A stretch of DNA of 64,000 nt, taken from the NCBI GenBank assembly GCA_964016885.1, contig OZ024745.1, positions 22,816,001-22,880,000 of the forward strand, given 5' to 3'. The DNA comes from Eledone cirrhosa (lineage: Eukaryota). The notes under the pieces were generated by a model. It saw only the letters and a program-made list of their open reading frames with translations, was not told where the DNA came from and did no database searches. The position numbers and the translations under genes are program-made. Below, piece after piece: positions 45,416 to 58,617 of the stretch; position 1 is the stretch's first letter, and each line of letters starts with the position of its first letter.

Positions 45416-46599
45416 ACAGGATTATAGAAAGATCTTGGCAAGGCTACACGCCAAGAGGTTAGCAGTTGTCGCTGTTTGTGTTGCCAGAGACTCACAAAAC
45501 TATGTGGAACCCCTGCAGATCTACTTACATCAATTCCCGTCTCAAGCGATATATGTTCGAGAAGGTCTTCTCTCGATTTGACTCTCGATGAATCAAAAAT
45601 CAATATATCATTTGTCGAAAACGTCGATTATCATAAAGTTAATCATGGCTATCTGGTAGCTGTCATAGCCAGTTTCAGATTCGACTTCAGAGACGGGAAC
45701 CACAATGACACGAGTGAATGTGTCAATACTCAGCTTGTTCCCATATATCAGACAAAGACAGCTAGATGAGGGCATATTTCTTTTAGTAGCCAATGTGATC
45801 CTGAATCTTGGAGGAACTTCGATTGGCTCTATCTGAATGTTTTCCTGTATCAGGAAGACAGAACACTTTAATTCTATACAATGTATGGAAAATCACATGG
45901 CCTAGTGGCTAGGGGTGTTGGTCTTACAATCATATTGTTATCTGTTTGATCACTTGAAGGTGCATGGCTTAGTGGTTAGAGCATTGGGCTTGCAATCGAA
46001 ATGTTGTGAGTTCAATTCTCGGACCGGGTGATGTGTTGTTTCCTTGAGCAAGACACTTTATTTCACGTTGCTCCAGTTTACTCAGCTGTAGAAATAAGTT
46101 GCGACATCATTAGTAAGAAGCTGTATCGTAGTTTGCCTCTCCCTCGATCAACATCGGTGGCACGGAGAGGGGCTAGACTGGTATGCATGGGTTACTGCTG
46201 GTATTCCACACACTACCTTGTTCTGATTCTTGCCTAGGAAGGGACACTTTCTAGGTGGAAATCCCTTGGTCATTCGTGATCGAAAGGGATCTTTACCATT
46301 TACTCTTTTAAAACTTACTTATATATTATATGTAACCTAAATAAACCTATATAAACCTTTTTTATTATATAGTATGTATAACTGATTATTATACTATGTA
46401 CTGTTTATGAGTATACTATGTATATATCAGTTATCTCTATACTATGTATTGGTGGTGGTAGTGATGGTGGTGGTATGGTGGTGGGCGGGTATGGTGGTGT
46501 GGGTATGGTGGTGGGCGGGTCTGGTGTTGGCGGTGTTGATGGTATGGGGGGTATGGGGGGGTATGGGGGGGGGATGATCTGGTGGTGGGGGCCTGGTGT

Positions 46600-46810
46600 T
46601 AGTGGGTGTCTGGTGTTAGTGGGGGGTCTGGTGGTGGTGATGGTCTGGTGGTGGTGGGGGTCTGGTGGTAGTGGGGGTCTGGTGGTGGTGATGGTCTGGT
46701 GGTGGTGGGGGTCTGGTGGTAGTGGGGGTCTGGTGGTGGTGATGGTCTGGTGGTGGTGGGGGTCTGGTGGTAGTGGGGGACTGGTGGTGGTGATGGTCTG
46801 GTGGTGGTAG
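46600..46810. repeat. 51-bp G-rich minisatellite, about 4 units
   Basis: GTGGTGGTGATGGTCTGGTGGTGGTGGGGGTCTGGTGGTAGTGGGGGTCTG repeated. Confidence 0.85.
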
Positions 46811-47516
46811 AGGAGGAGGTGGTGGTGCTGTTGGTGGTGGTTGTAGTGGTGCTGATGGTGTTGATCTTCTGGTGGTGGTAGAGGTGGTGGTGGTGGTGGT
46901 GGTGGTTGCTGAGGACAGGGAAAAGAAGAAGGAGTGTGTTAGTGATAATATTGTCAAGAGTGATGACATAGTTGGTTTGGAGCAAGGTAGCTAGCATGCC
47001 GTCATTTCTTAACATCGTATTTGTTTTGTTATGATAAAAGAAGACGTGTGTTGATGGTGTTGTTGTGTTGAGAAGGTTGTTGAAAGTACTGATGGTGATG
47101 GTTATTGTGAGATAGATGGTGAGGTGTTGGGGGACTAGAAGGGAGTCCCTTTGACTGACAACAAAGACACAACAGCTGGGAATAAACTTTATTACTCTCA
47201 TACCTCACTGTTACTGATTCCCCTACACGTGTATTGAGGGGTAATGGAGAAATATATGAGTACACACACACACATGCATATACTCGATACACATACACCC
47301 ATGCCCACACGCACACACATACTTATACATTATGTGTGGGTATATATATACATGGATAATTATATATAATGGTTTCTGATTTAGACACAAGGCTACAAAT
47401 TTGGAGGTGAGGATAAAGTCGATTAAATCGACCCCAGTATGTTACTGGTACTTTATTTTATCGACCTCGTTAGGATGAAAGGCAACGTTAACCTCGGCGT
47501 AACTATATGCCACAAA

Positions 47517-47571
<55 letters not shown>

Positions 47572-47578
<7 letters not shown>

Positions 47579-48248
47579 GAGAAGAAAGAGGAATACTGCG
47601 TGGTTGCACATGGGTTATATATTATAAATTAGTCCCTCGTCAGTGATTTGCCAACCATCATTGGTATTTCATCGCAATAAAAGTCATATACCTCAGGTTG
47701 GTGCGAGCAATAACTAAAAAAAGCTATTGGGACAAGTGAATCGCGTAAAGCGAGTGAGACAAGTAAACAACATAGAAGGATAAAAGTAAACCGAAGATAG
47801 TAAAAAAAACAAGCAACATGGTTATCCGGTCAGCATAAGCTGGGTGAATTTCATGAGCGATCAGAATACAGACCGTCCGACGTGAGTGAGATGTGAGCAA
47901 GAAAGGACCCCACTATTAACGAAACGGGAGGAAGTGAGAAGAGGAGAAACAGAGAGTGAGTGAGTGGAAGTGCGAGGAAGAGGTCAGTCGAGAGAAAGTG
48001 TAACTGACAGAGGGGGCGAAAGAAGGTGAGAGAAACAGAGAGAATGGGGGAGCAGTAAGAGAGAAAGAGAGAAACAGACAAACGCAGCCGAGGTAAATAT
48101 GTATAAAAAACATGAGAAGAAAGAGGAATACTGCGTGGTTGCACATGGGTTACATATTATAAAATTAGTCCCTCGTCAGTGATTTGCCAACCATCATTGG
48201 TATTTCATCGCATTAAAAATCATATACCTCAGGTTGGTGCGAGCAATA
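47572..48248. mobile_element. Small element with about 140-bp terminal direct repeats (pLTR/TRIM-like), non-coding
   Basis: 47572-47712 is near-identical to 48107-48248; about 395-bp purine-rich interior; (TA)n on both sides; no clear PBS. Confidence 0.65.
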
Positions 48249-48259
48249 TATATATATAT

Positions 48260-48450
48260 AACGAAGGAAATGTGGTAAGGAACCAGGTGGACCATAACGC
48301 ACCAAAGTACTCAATACTTAGGGTAGTAGAGTGGGTAATAGGAACAAGTAAGACCCCGACGGCTGAGCTCAAGCCGTTTCGACGGCTAATTCAGTACAGA
48401 ATTAGCCGTCGAAACGGCTTGAGCTCAGCCGTCGGGGTCTTACTTGTTCC
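48260..48450 (-). mobile_element. Palindromic hairpin+tail element, copy 7
   Basis: Reverse orientation; arms GGAACAAGTAAGACCCC.../...GGGGTCTTACTTGTTCC. Confidence 0.8.
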
Positions 48451-48481
<31 letters not shown>

Positions 48482-48610
48482 GTAATCTGAGTTTTTCGAA
48501 TATCAATAATAATATTCGATTCCTTTGCAATTATGCAAACAAGCCTCATCTTTAAAGCCATGTCTGTAGAATGACCCCCTCATTCTTGCTTTTATGTTGG
48601 CATGTAAACA

Positions 48611-48660
48611 GAACTGCAGACACTAATGTTTCTGGGTATCACCCTTCATCAGTACAGCTC
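48611..48660 (-). ncRNA. Type I hammerhead ribozyme motif, intact core
   Basis: Minus strand: GAGCTGTA-CTGATGA-A-GGGT-GAT-ACCC-A-GAAA-CATTAGTG-TC-TGCAGTTC; 8-bp stem I; GTC site. Confidence 0.8.
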
Positions 48661-48875
48661 ACTGTTCCCCTGCCAACTGTCAGAGCTAGTGAAAATATAT
48701 GCTATTTTCTAATAGTCTGCTGATATGCAAATCTGGCTGATCAGTGGATCTGCTAATATGCAGATCTGACTGATCAGCCAGTCTGCTAATATGCAAATCA
48801 GGTCGATCAGTCACGGTATATTTTAGAAAATAGCATATATTTTCACTAGCTCTGACAGTTTGGCAGGTGAACAGT

Positions 48876-48925
48876 GAGCTGTACTGATGAAGGGTGACAC
48901 CCAGCAACATTAGTGTCTGCAGTTC
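48876..48925 (+). ncRNA. Hammerhead motif, GAAA mutated to GCAA
   Basis: GAGCTGTA-CTGATGA-AGGGTGACACCCA-GCAA-CATTAGTG-TC-TGCAGTTC. Confidence 0.65.
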
Positions 48926-49579
48926 TGTTTACATGCCAACATGTTGGCCGAGGACACCAGAAGTCTTCACCGCCAAGAGCACGACCGCAAACCTGTAGGA
49001 GAGTGACCGGTATTTGGAGAGTTTGGCCTCTAAGCCCGACGTGCAGCAGAATCTGGGTTAGTCGCAAACTGCACCGTGTTGGTTATGGTGATGTATGATT
49101 ATCCAAATTTTAGGGAGATTAGAAGGGAAGAGACCTTTAGAAAACGACCATTCCCTCTTTTATAAATAAAAGACTACGTTGTTAAATGCATGCTTATTTT
49201 ATTTAAAACGCTAGTTTATGATTTATGGAAAGATACCTGTTATTTTTAGTAGATCTAGCTGCGTAGATATTCGTCCATTGGCATTTTGTCTAAGGCTCGG
49301 CCGATTTCATCATACAATGACTTCCGAAACCATATGTGAAACTGTTAATGATTAGTTTTAGTTTATAAACCATGATAGATGCTACATCTTCAGTTTCACT
49401 AACCTCTCGCTTGCTGTAACATACATCTAAGTCGAGGTGAATAGTTCGAGAGGTTTTTCATGTTATCTGTACCAAACATGGCTTCGTATTACAATTTCAT
49501 TCTCAACTAGACTAAGCTGTTCGTTCTGATAGATACTGCAGTGAAGGATGTCCATAATACAAGTGTGTGTATGTATATT

Positions 49580-49759
<180 letters not shown>

Positions 49760-49889
49760 CGCGTGCGTGTGTGTATGTCAGCTATTAACAAAGTATAACT
49801 GTGAGTCCATTGTCCGACGCTGTGCTTTTGTTTTTAAACTACGTACAGGATCAAATTCTGCTACAGTTTCAAATAAAATCACAATCGTA

Positions 49890-49959
<70 letters not shown>

Positions 49960-49970
<11 letters not shown>

Positions 49971-50591
49971 GTTGTCATTCCTGTCTGTTTGTTTGCTTGG
50001 TTGTTCACGAACTCCTCCTAAGGTTTTGGAGATAGAACCCCATAACCATATATATTCTGAAACTACATTTCCCAGGGTACTTGGATAAGTATATTTCATT
50101 TTAATCAAAGGGTTACCCGGGACACAAACCCCCGTTGAAAATGTTTTCCCTTCGATTTATATGAAATTTAAACCATAGGTAAATGACAAGATATAATGCC
50201 TATTCACAAAATTTCAGCAAATTTCAATAATATTAAGACACCCTAATGGGGGTTAAACCCCCTATAGTGAACATTTTGGAATTTCTAATACTTTGAATTT
50301 CTAACTTGAAAATAATACTTTACACAAAAATGAAATGATCAAGTTTTGAAATGATAATTAAAAAAAGATTATTTACAAGAAACAAAATAAGAATAAGATT
50401 TAATAATGTAATTTTGATATATTACAAAAAATAAGGTTTTCCAATTTTTCATGCATTACATTTTACATTGAGTCATATTGAAATGCAGAGTTTTTCTCCA
50501 TAAATGATATCACTGATTTAAAATCAATCATTTTCTTACAAAAGAAGAAAAAAATGTGTGAAACGCAGCAACGCGCAGTTAATTCGGCTAA
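49960..50591 (+). mobile_element. Probable non-autonomous Helitron
   Basis: Begins after (TA)n with AAAAAGTTGTCATTCCTGTCTGTTTGTTTG; ends CGCAGCAACGCGCAGTTAATTCGGCTAA (Helitron-like subterminal motif plus CTRR). Confidence 0.5.
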
Positions 50592-50890
50592 TCGGTAGAG
50601 GGTCGGACGCCATGCTTTCCAGCATAGTTACGTCCCTTTATGATCTGAGTTCAAATCCCGCCGAGGTTGACTTTGCCTTTCATCTTTACGGGGTCGATAA
50701 AATAAAGTACCAGTAATGCACTGGATAATTGCTGGCCTTGTGCCTAAAGTAGAAACAATTATATATATATATATACATATATATATATTATATATATACA
50801 TATGTATATATTATATATATATATACATATATATATTATATATATTCATATATATATTTATATGTGTGTGTCTGCGCGTGAGAGAGAGAG

Positions 50891-50924
<34 letters not shown>

Positions 50925-51725
50925 TGTTAATGATATATATATATATATATTAAGACCCCATCGGTCACTAATTATCATGGATTTGCACCTAGAAACTTTC
51001 CTTGGGAGGCACAAGTCCAGCAATTCAGAGAAAGAGGAAAGTAGTTTGTATGAACCCCAGTACTTAAAAGGTGAAGGCGCATGGCTTAGTGGTTAGAGCA
51101 CTGGGCTTGCAATCGAAAGGTTGTGAGTTCAATTCTCGGACCAGGTGATGAGAGCAAGACACTTTATTTCACGTTGCTCCAGTTTACTCAGCTGTAGAAA
51201 TGAGATGATAGGACTGAGGTCCTGAGATATACCTTGGAGGAGGCCAGCTAAACCTGCATAGGTGTGAGCTGTCACACACACAGTACTTACAAGGCTGAAA
51301 TAATGGTTTCTGTTTAAGCATTTTGAGGGAGGGAAAAGTCGATTATATTGACTCCAGTACAATCCTGGTACTTTATTTTATCGACCCCGTAAGGATGAAA
51401 GGCAAAGCTAACCTGAGTAGGATTTGAACGCTAAAGAGAAAGGGCCGTAATTGTATGCAACAACGCTTATTATCCGACGCCCTACCGACACTGGCAATCC
51501 ACCCCAGTTTAGGCTGAAATAATGATTTTGAATCAGGCACAAGGCCAACAATTTTGGGGGATTAAATTGAACCCAGTACATTCCAGGTACTTTATTTATC
51601 GACCCCGTAATGTTAATAGGATAAACTAACTTCGGCAGGATTTAAAATCAGAACGTAAAGAGACGTAACAATGTGCCGCAAAGCATGTTGTCCAACGCTC
51701 TAACGATTCAACAAATCTGCCTCCC
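50592..51725. mobile_element. SINE cluster (A+, B+, A-, A-)
   Basis: Family A at 50592-50760 (+), about 51300-51505 and 51520-51725 (-); family B at 51072-51205 (+). Confidence 0.8.
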
Positions 51726-51889
51726 TAATATAAAAAAGAATGTCAACAGATAGAAGGAAACACAAAAAAGCAATAAAATAAAATAAAAGTCTGTCTAAAT
51801 AATAAATAGGTTTAGTGGCGGGAATGTGTAACGTTCAAAATGTCGCCACCATTACAATCTCCTCCGTTCTATTACTCCCATTATTAACA

Positions 51890-52135
51890 CTAGCAGAAAA
51901 ACCACCCTTAGGAATGTTTATTTAAGCGATCGCTAACCGGGAGTGTTGACATTTGAAAATTTTAAAGAAGTGAATCTTAAAATAAGCAATAAAATATATT
52001 TAATCAAAAGCTACGAAATTGAGTAGATAAATTATGTAATATTCATTCATTATTTATTCAAAGTAATCCAACTTATTTTACAAACGGGATAAAAATTATA
52101 TTCTGGGCGCACTCCTTACTTTATTATAGTTTAGA
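51890..52135 (-). mobile_element. Non-autonomous Helitron, internally deleted
   Basis: Minus strand starts TCTAAACTATAATAAAG and ends TTTTCTGCTAG, in an A|T target; matches 60423-60908. Confidence 0.75.
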
Positions 52136-52908
52136 TTACTATAAGTAGCCTCGTCACAGCAGACGTTCGGTGGAATAAGTACAGTTTATGGAAACTGTAC
52201 TAACCGGAAGACAACTACAACAGCAACAACAATATCAAATGATATATATGTATATGTGTATGTATGTATATGTATGTATCTATATGTGTGTATGTATGTA
52301 TATGTGTATGTATGTATGGATTTATATGTGTGTGTGCATGTATGCATACATGTATGTATATATGTATATATACATGTGTGTATGTATATGTTTGTATATA
52401 TGTATATATGTATGTAAGTGTTGGTTATTAATGATGTACTTTGGCAGATAGATTGACTAGTGTATTGTTATAGAAGAGAAAGTGTGTGTAGTGCGTATAG
52501 TGTGTGCAAAGTGTGTAGAATGTGTGTAGTGTGTGTAGTATGTATAGTGTGAGTAGAATGTGTGTAGTATGTAGGACAATGGAGATAAGGAAGTGGTGTA
52601 GAATATAGATGAAAGAAAACGGTATATTCTATTCAGATGGAACTTTATATCATTCACACATACATAAATAAATAAATATATACAGACATACATACATGCA
52701 TACATATATACAGACAGACAAACACACACACACATACATATGTATATATATATATATACATACATATACATGTACACGTACATACATGCATACATTCATA
52801 CGTACATACATAAATACACACACACACACATACACATATATGTTTGTGTGTATGTATTTATGTATGTACGTATGAATGTATGCATGTATATATGTGTACA
52901 TGACAGTC

Positions 52909-52959
52909 AGATTCCTGATGATTTCTCAAGAATGAAACAGTTCTAGTCCTGTAGAATCT
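52909..52959 (+). ncRNA. Type I hammerhead ribozyme motif, intact core
   Basis: AGATTC-CTGATGA-T-TTC-TCAA-GAA-T-GAAA-CAG-TTCTAGTC-CTG-TA-GAATCT; perfect 6-bp stem I, 4-bp stem III, GTA site (after 52953). Confidence 0.8.
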
Positions 52960-52997
52960 CATCTATATTAAAACTTATGTATCTATATCTATATATA

Positions 52998-53086
<89 letters not shown>

Positions 53087-53380
53087 AGAGACAGAATGCC
53101 TGAGAGATATGTCGACAGAGAGAGAACGAACAGCAAACATACAAACAGATGAACAGATAGAAAACCAGGCAATGGTGGAGGAAATAAGTAAATAAACAAA
53201 CAAACAAATAAACATATGAATAATAATAGTAATATTAATAACTATAATAAATGTAAACACGCTGAACGTAGAAAACCTGGCGAACGTAGAAAACCTGGCC
53301 TATAAATATTCCAGCAAGGAATGCCAGAAGTTGAGTTCAAAGAAATTTATCTAAAAAGAAATGATGACGACGACGACGAC

Positions 53381-53530
53381 GAAGAAGAAGAAGAAGAAGA
53401 AGAAGAAGAAGAAGAAGAAGAAGAAGAAGAAGAAGAAGAAGAAGAAGAAGAAGAAGAAGAAGAAGAAGAAGAAGAAGAAGAAGAAGAAGAAGAAGAAGAA
53501 GAAGAAGAAGAAGAAGAAGAAGAAGAAGAA
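53381..53530. repeat. (GAA)n, about 50 units
   Basis: Pure GAA run preceded by GAT/GAC units. Confidence 0.95.
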
Positions 53531-53588
53531 GAGATATTGGAATATTAAGCATCAAACCTTGAAGTGTTTATATATATATATATATATG

Positions 53589-53638
<50 letters not shown>

Positions 53639-53869
53639 CATACATAAATATATAGGCGCCTTTGTGCATTTTACCATCTTGGGGCACTTTAACCGATTTA
53701 TGTTTTATAGTTATCAACTACTATTATTGTCATTTACATTGAGGTGACTATATTTTCCAATTTCAAAATTGTTCACGCTTTTAGCTTCCTTCTAAATTCT
53801 TCTTTAAAAATCCGGCAATTAGTGCCCAGAGACTGTATATTAAGAAGAATATTTAACTAAAGCTATGGA

Positions 53870-55150
53870 ATATGGAATAACAGCATCACGGTTGTATCCA
53901 GGTTCAGAAACGTTCCAGGTCAAAGTTCACCCAATTTGATATTGTCAACGTTTACACCTCGATATCAAAACTCCTATTAGCTAAGGTTTTAGATTCCTCA
54001 CGTATATTTGTCACCATCACTAATTCTCAGATTGATCTTATGCCAATATGCTTAATAGATCCATTTAGGCGAAGAATTAAATCTGAGGGAGATCTATTTA
54101 ATGCCTTGAATGAAGCATACATTAGCACAGATTAATGCAACTTAGTCAGCTTATACATCCTAGACTTTCTGAAGGTCAGATTCGCTAACCACAATATCGA
54201 GTAATACCGGGATGACGGTTTTGCTTTTACCGGTACTGTGAGAGTCACGCTTCAGAAAATAACCCCAACATACTTTCATAACCTAAACCTTAAGATAACG
54301 GTCGATAACCAAAACGAATTTCCTAGATGTAACACTGGACTTATTAACAGCTATTTATAAATCCTTCTACACACTAATTGAGAAATTTAGATAGAAATTA
54401 AAAATAATCCTACCACCCATCCCTTTAGTCTTTACAGACCTTATCTGTAATATTGACCCTAGAATCTATCTTCCTCTAAAGTCGTGTTCGATAAGGTGAA
54501 CCTCCACTACAATGGTGTATACTAGATATTGATTTCAAATACAGGGGTTAAATCACCCACTATCCAAAGATCCAATAATGTAATCTGATTGATTCCCCTC
54601 AATCTTTTTGGTCTGTTAGATGAATTTTTTCCATTACAAAACCGACATAGTGAAATCTTCAATAGACGTTTCGTCATAATCAGCTACGCCTGTACTCGTA
54701 ACATGTAATGTTCATGATGTTCTTGTTAAAAGAGCAGAGATGTAACATCAAGTTGATCGTATATAAATCCGAAGTTACTTTAAATTGCGTCAAACTAAAC
54801 AAGATATAAAAAATACTATATTGGCGTGTTTTAACGTAATTTTATATAGAGACATTCCTCCTACATCACATTATTCAATCATGCAAATAAGATAATCGTT
54901 GCGGCTTTTGCGAACCACAAATGGGCCATGAGAAGCATGCTTTGCACTAATAAGACTAAGAACTCAATCCTCTGGATGTTAGAAAGAATGAACAGGTAAA
55001 AACGTATCTTGAATTTGTTTTGTTTTTTTTGCGGCACGGACGGACGGGGGGGGGGGGGGGGGGGTATTCCTATGTAAGATTTAAGCAATGTTATTGTATA
55101 GCTTCCTCTTTGGACAACAAAGAAATGTTTTTGAAATACAATCACCGTTG
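53870..55150 (+). pseudogene. Decayed Penelope-like retroelement (Naiad-type RT plus GIY-YIG)
   Basis: Motifs in order, with stops and frameshifts: KFTQFDIVNVYTSIS (53935), CNLVSLYIL, YRDDGFA (54205), NFLDVTLDL (54317), FNRRFVIISYACTRNM, KYYIG (54817). Missed by the ORF track. Confidence 0.8.
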
Positions 55151-55243
55151 AGATGCTATTATTTGGAAGAATTCAATAACATACAAGAAGGTGAAGAGAT
55201 GGTTATTATTGATGTTAAAGAAACAAAAAACAAAACAAATTAA

Positions 55244-55432
55244 AGGCGGTGGATTGGCAGTATCGGTAGAGGGTCGGACGCCATGCTTTCGAGCATAGTT
55301 ACGTCCCTTTACGATCTGAGTTCAAATCCCGCCGAGGCTGACTTTGCCTTTCATCCTTATGGGGTCGATAAAATAAAGTACCAGTAATGCACTGGGTAAT
55401 TGCTGGCCTTGTGCCTAAAGTAGAAACAATTA
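55244..55432 (+). mobile_element. SINE family A, full length
   Basis: Complete body; TTATTGATGTTAAAGA is duplicated on both sides. Confidence 0.85.
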
Positions 55433-55776
55433 TTGATGTTAAAGATTCTTTTTGAATCGAAATAGTTAATTGTGTAAATATATTTTAACATCGAAAATAA
55501 CTAATTTTAAATCGGTGGGTATAATTCCTCGGAATTAGAACATAAAACAAATTCTTTTGAAATATTTGTACTTACATTAACATTAAAGATTGGTTTATAC
55601 TACAAGATATTTCTGGAATTTATACTTGTAATATATCAAACATTATCGGCAAAACTACTGCAATGTTTTACAATAATACAATACATTACAGTAATGAGAA
55701 GCTCTAACGAATGTCATTAATAAAAACTAACATATTCTATTAGGAATTAAATTTACTATCGACGTCGTTTCTACTA

Positions 55777-55947
55777 ACGTATATACTCGAATATAAGCCG
55801 ACCCACTGTCTTATATCTGGTAAATGGGTAAAAATCCGTTGAATTTGCAGTTGGAGAAACTCGTCAAAATATTGACCCCGAATTTAAGCCTTTCTGCCAT
55901 CGATTTTTTGGTGACATATTCCTTGGCTTATATTCGAGTATATACAG
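55777..55947. mobile_element. pogo/Tc1-type MITE
   Basis: TIRs GTATATACTCGAATATAAGCC / GGCTTATATTCGAGTATATAC, TA flanks. Confidence 0.75.
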
Positions 55948-56955
55948 TAATTAGTGTCAATTCACCATCTCTTCCATATTTTTTATGCTCGGAATTTTAT
56001 GTTTATTTTTTTATGGTCGTTTCTAATTATTTCTATTTTCTTATTCCCTATAAATATTTTCCTGTTATGGAACTCTAGTTTATTTTATACAGATAGTTTG
56101 TCCTTCGTCTCAAATTTCCTCACAATTTGCGCTAATTATTATTTCTGTTGTTTATGAAGTTCTTTATTTTGGAGGTATTTTACTTGGGGGGTCATTCTGT
56201 TGCATTTTGTTTGTATCCATTTCTTATCTCCAAGATACTCAAGCTATCATTTGTATATCACGTGAGAGATCTTTTCTCTTTAGGCTTAGCTCTTGCTACA
56301 TTTTTTATCTCTTACAAAGAACTTTTGCTTCTTCCTTTTCTAAACATTTTTGTTTAATTCTTACATATCTGAATATAACAGTATCAATGACAATATATAT
56401 GATTTGTGTGTGACATATCTAGATCATTATTTGTTTGTTGTAGCAATTGCTACAACATTAGCTAATTATATTTATTATACAATTCTAACTTCTAATTTCG
56501 GTTTCTATGTTGTTATTTTACGTATATGTGGGTTAGCTTTGATTCGTTTATCTTGATTTTAATGTAATATGATATGTAATTTATGTGTGATTATATTTTA
56601 TTACGCAGGAGTCATCTTGATTTACTTGTTGTTACTTTGTAATTGCGGTTATTGTTTTGTTTCGGCCATGAGAGTATCTTTTATTATATATATTACATTT
56701 TATTATCCTTATTCAATATTCTACTGAGCGAATATTTGTTGATATCATCTTCAGTATATCAAGTATTCGATTGTTTACACTTATGTGTGTTTTTCAGATA
56801 TATTTTTATTTTATTTTATTTCATTTTATTTTATATTATTTTATCAAATACCGTCTGTAACACATACAACGTCTGCTTTAATGTTTGCTAGTCCCTCTTG
56901 TCAAATTCTTAGATTTGTTGTTGATGTTATTGTTTGTGTGTTTTTTGTTTGTTTC

Positions 56956-56987
<32 letters not shown>

Positions 56988-58129
56988 CGTTGACAAATTT
57001 AGTAATAATTTCTCTTAATATAGTTAGTAGGTAGCAGTGTATAAAAGCTTTCTTGAACTTGAAGTATTCAGAAATTGTTCTTTTTTTTTTTTGTAGAGTG
57101 GCGGGTAACTTCAAGGAGTGCGTCTCTTTTAAGTATTGGTCTATTTCTGCTTCAGTAGACCTGAAATATATTCAGCTGTAATGGGGCTTCTGTTCTTAAT
57201 ATGTTCAGTCATAAATGCTTGGATCTCGCATCAGGTTTTGTGTTACAAAAGTTGGATTGCTGTTTGAAGAGAAGTGATCTTCTTTTACATGATTTTTTTT
57301 TTTTTCCTGCGTGGTAAATTTGAAGATGGAGATGAGATTTTAAGCAATAATTCTCTTTCTTTTGGATATGGAAGAATTGAGTTCATTTCAACTTTCTTCT
57401 ATGTTTACCGGACATTTTAAAAATAATGTTTTTATAAACGTGGCGACTTCTGTCGTGTAAGTTAGAGAAACCAATAATAGCGGTAGCAGTCTTCTTATAG
57501 CGGATTGTGACAAAACGGCTTCTTTCAACAAATTAAATTGGAAATACTAAAAAAAAAGTCTATTTAAATAATGTCAAGTGTAGCTGCATCCTCATAAACA
57601 CATTTTTCATAAGAAAACAATAACAAGTTTAGGCAAAAATAATAACAGGAAGGATAGTATTGCAAAGCAATCCGGTATTGACAATAATGTCAATGACGTT
57701 AATGTAAATATCATCAACGAGAAAACAAGAATATCTTCAATAACATTTGTAAACTCGGAGGACCTGGACCGGACAATGATAACAGGAAAGAAAGAAACGT
57801 GGGCGTGCTATGTTACCAGAGACCATACTTACCCGATAAATTCTCCGAGAGAAAGACATAGTGACTAATGATATATCTATTATTATACAAATAACTAGTA
57901 GAATTACGTATGCTATTGAAGTTGAAAATGTGTGGTAAGATGTCTGATCTTTTAGATAGGGGCCAGAAATACAAAGCAATAAACCTGATATCGAGACAAA
58001 GTACGAGACTAAGATGTACACGGCGCTCGATTTTCCCACACAGGTTTATACACAATATAAAGGTTGAAATTATTTTTTCAAGATTCACCTGGAATGTGAG
58101 GTGAATGTGGAGAGGGAGATGATCTTCTC

Positions 58130-58617
58130 CAATAAAGGAACGATCGACTTTCGTCAAATCGGACCCAGGAAACAATGTTTCCATTGGTATTTCCAATTTC
58201 TAATACTATCTATCGGTCGCAACTCCAGGTAGAAGGAGTAACGTGAAATAAAATTTCTTGCTCAAGGACATAACGCATCGCCCGGTCTGGGAATTGAACT
58301 CACAACCTCACGATTGAGAATCAAATTCTCTAACCAGTCAGCCACACGCCTTCATAAATTTACCGAAAAAGGGGTGAAAGTATCGAAAATGGTAAGAGTG
58401 AATAAAACCAAAGACAGCATGTACGAAGGTCGGACTGAAAAGGTGATAGGCTGACCAAGATACTCTTTTGGTTTGACGAAATGAGGTTTATTTTTCAAAA
58501 TAGTCACTGGAATAAAATTCTTATTAATAAGAAGGGTTGAAATTAACAAACGCAAGATTTCACAGCTCTAGCATCACTCCTTCATAGCCAGCCTCTGAAC
58601 TGTTCAGCCTACACTCG
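58130..58617. mobile_element. SINE family B (-) and mariner-type MITE
   Basis: 58130-58355 is the reverse complement of 10208-10425; 58424-58617 matches 795-987 with TA flanks. Confidence 0.8.

Larger units (their letters stand above)
48594..48942. mobile_element. Fold-back element: about 119-bp inverted arms each carrying a hammerhead motif, with 3x33-bp central repeats
   Basis: Arms 48594-48712 and 48823-48942; centre has ATGCAAAT/ATGCAGAT/ATGCAAAT at 48725, 48758, 48791. Confidence 0.8.

Noticed and set aside
44797-45850. Asp/Gly-rich ORF and adjacent non-repetitive ORFs as a biomineralisation or host gene
   Set aside because: A GAT/GGT mosaic open in several frames; adjacent frames show no recognisable domain or consistent exon phase.
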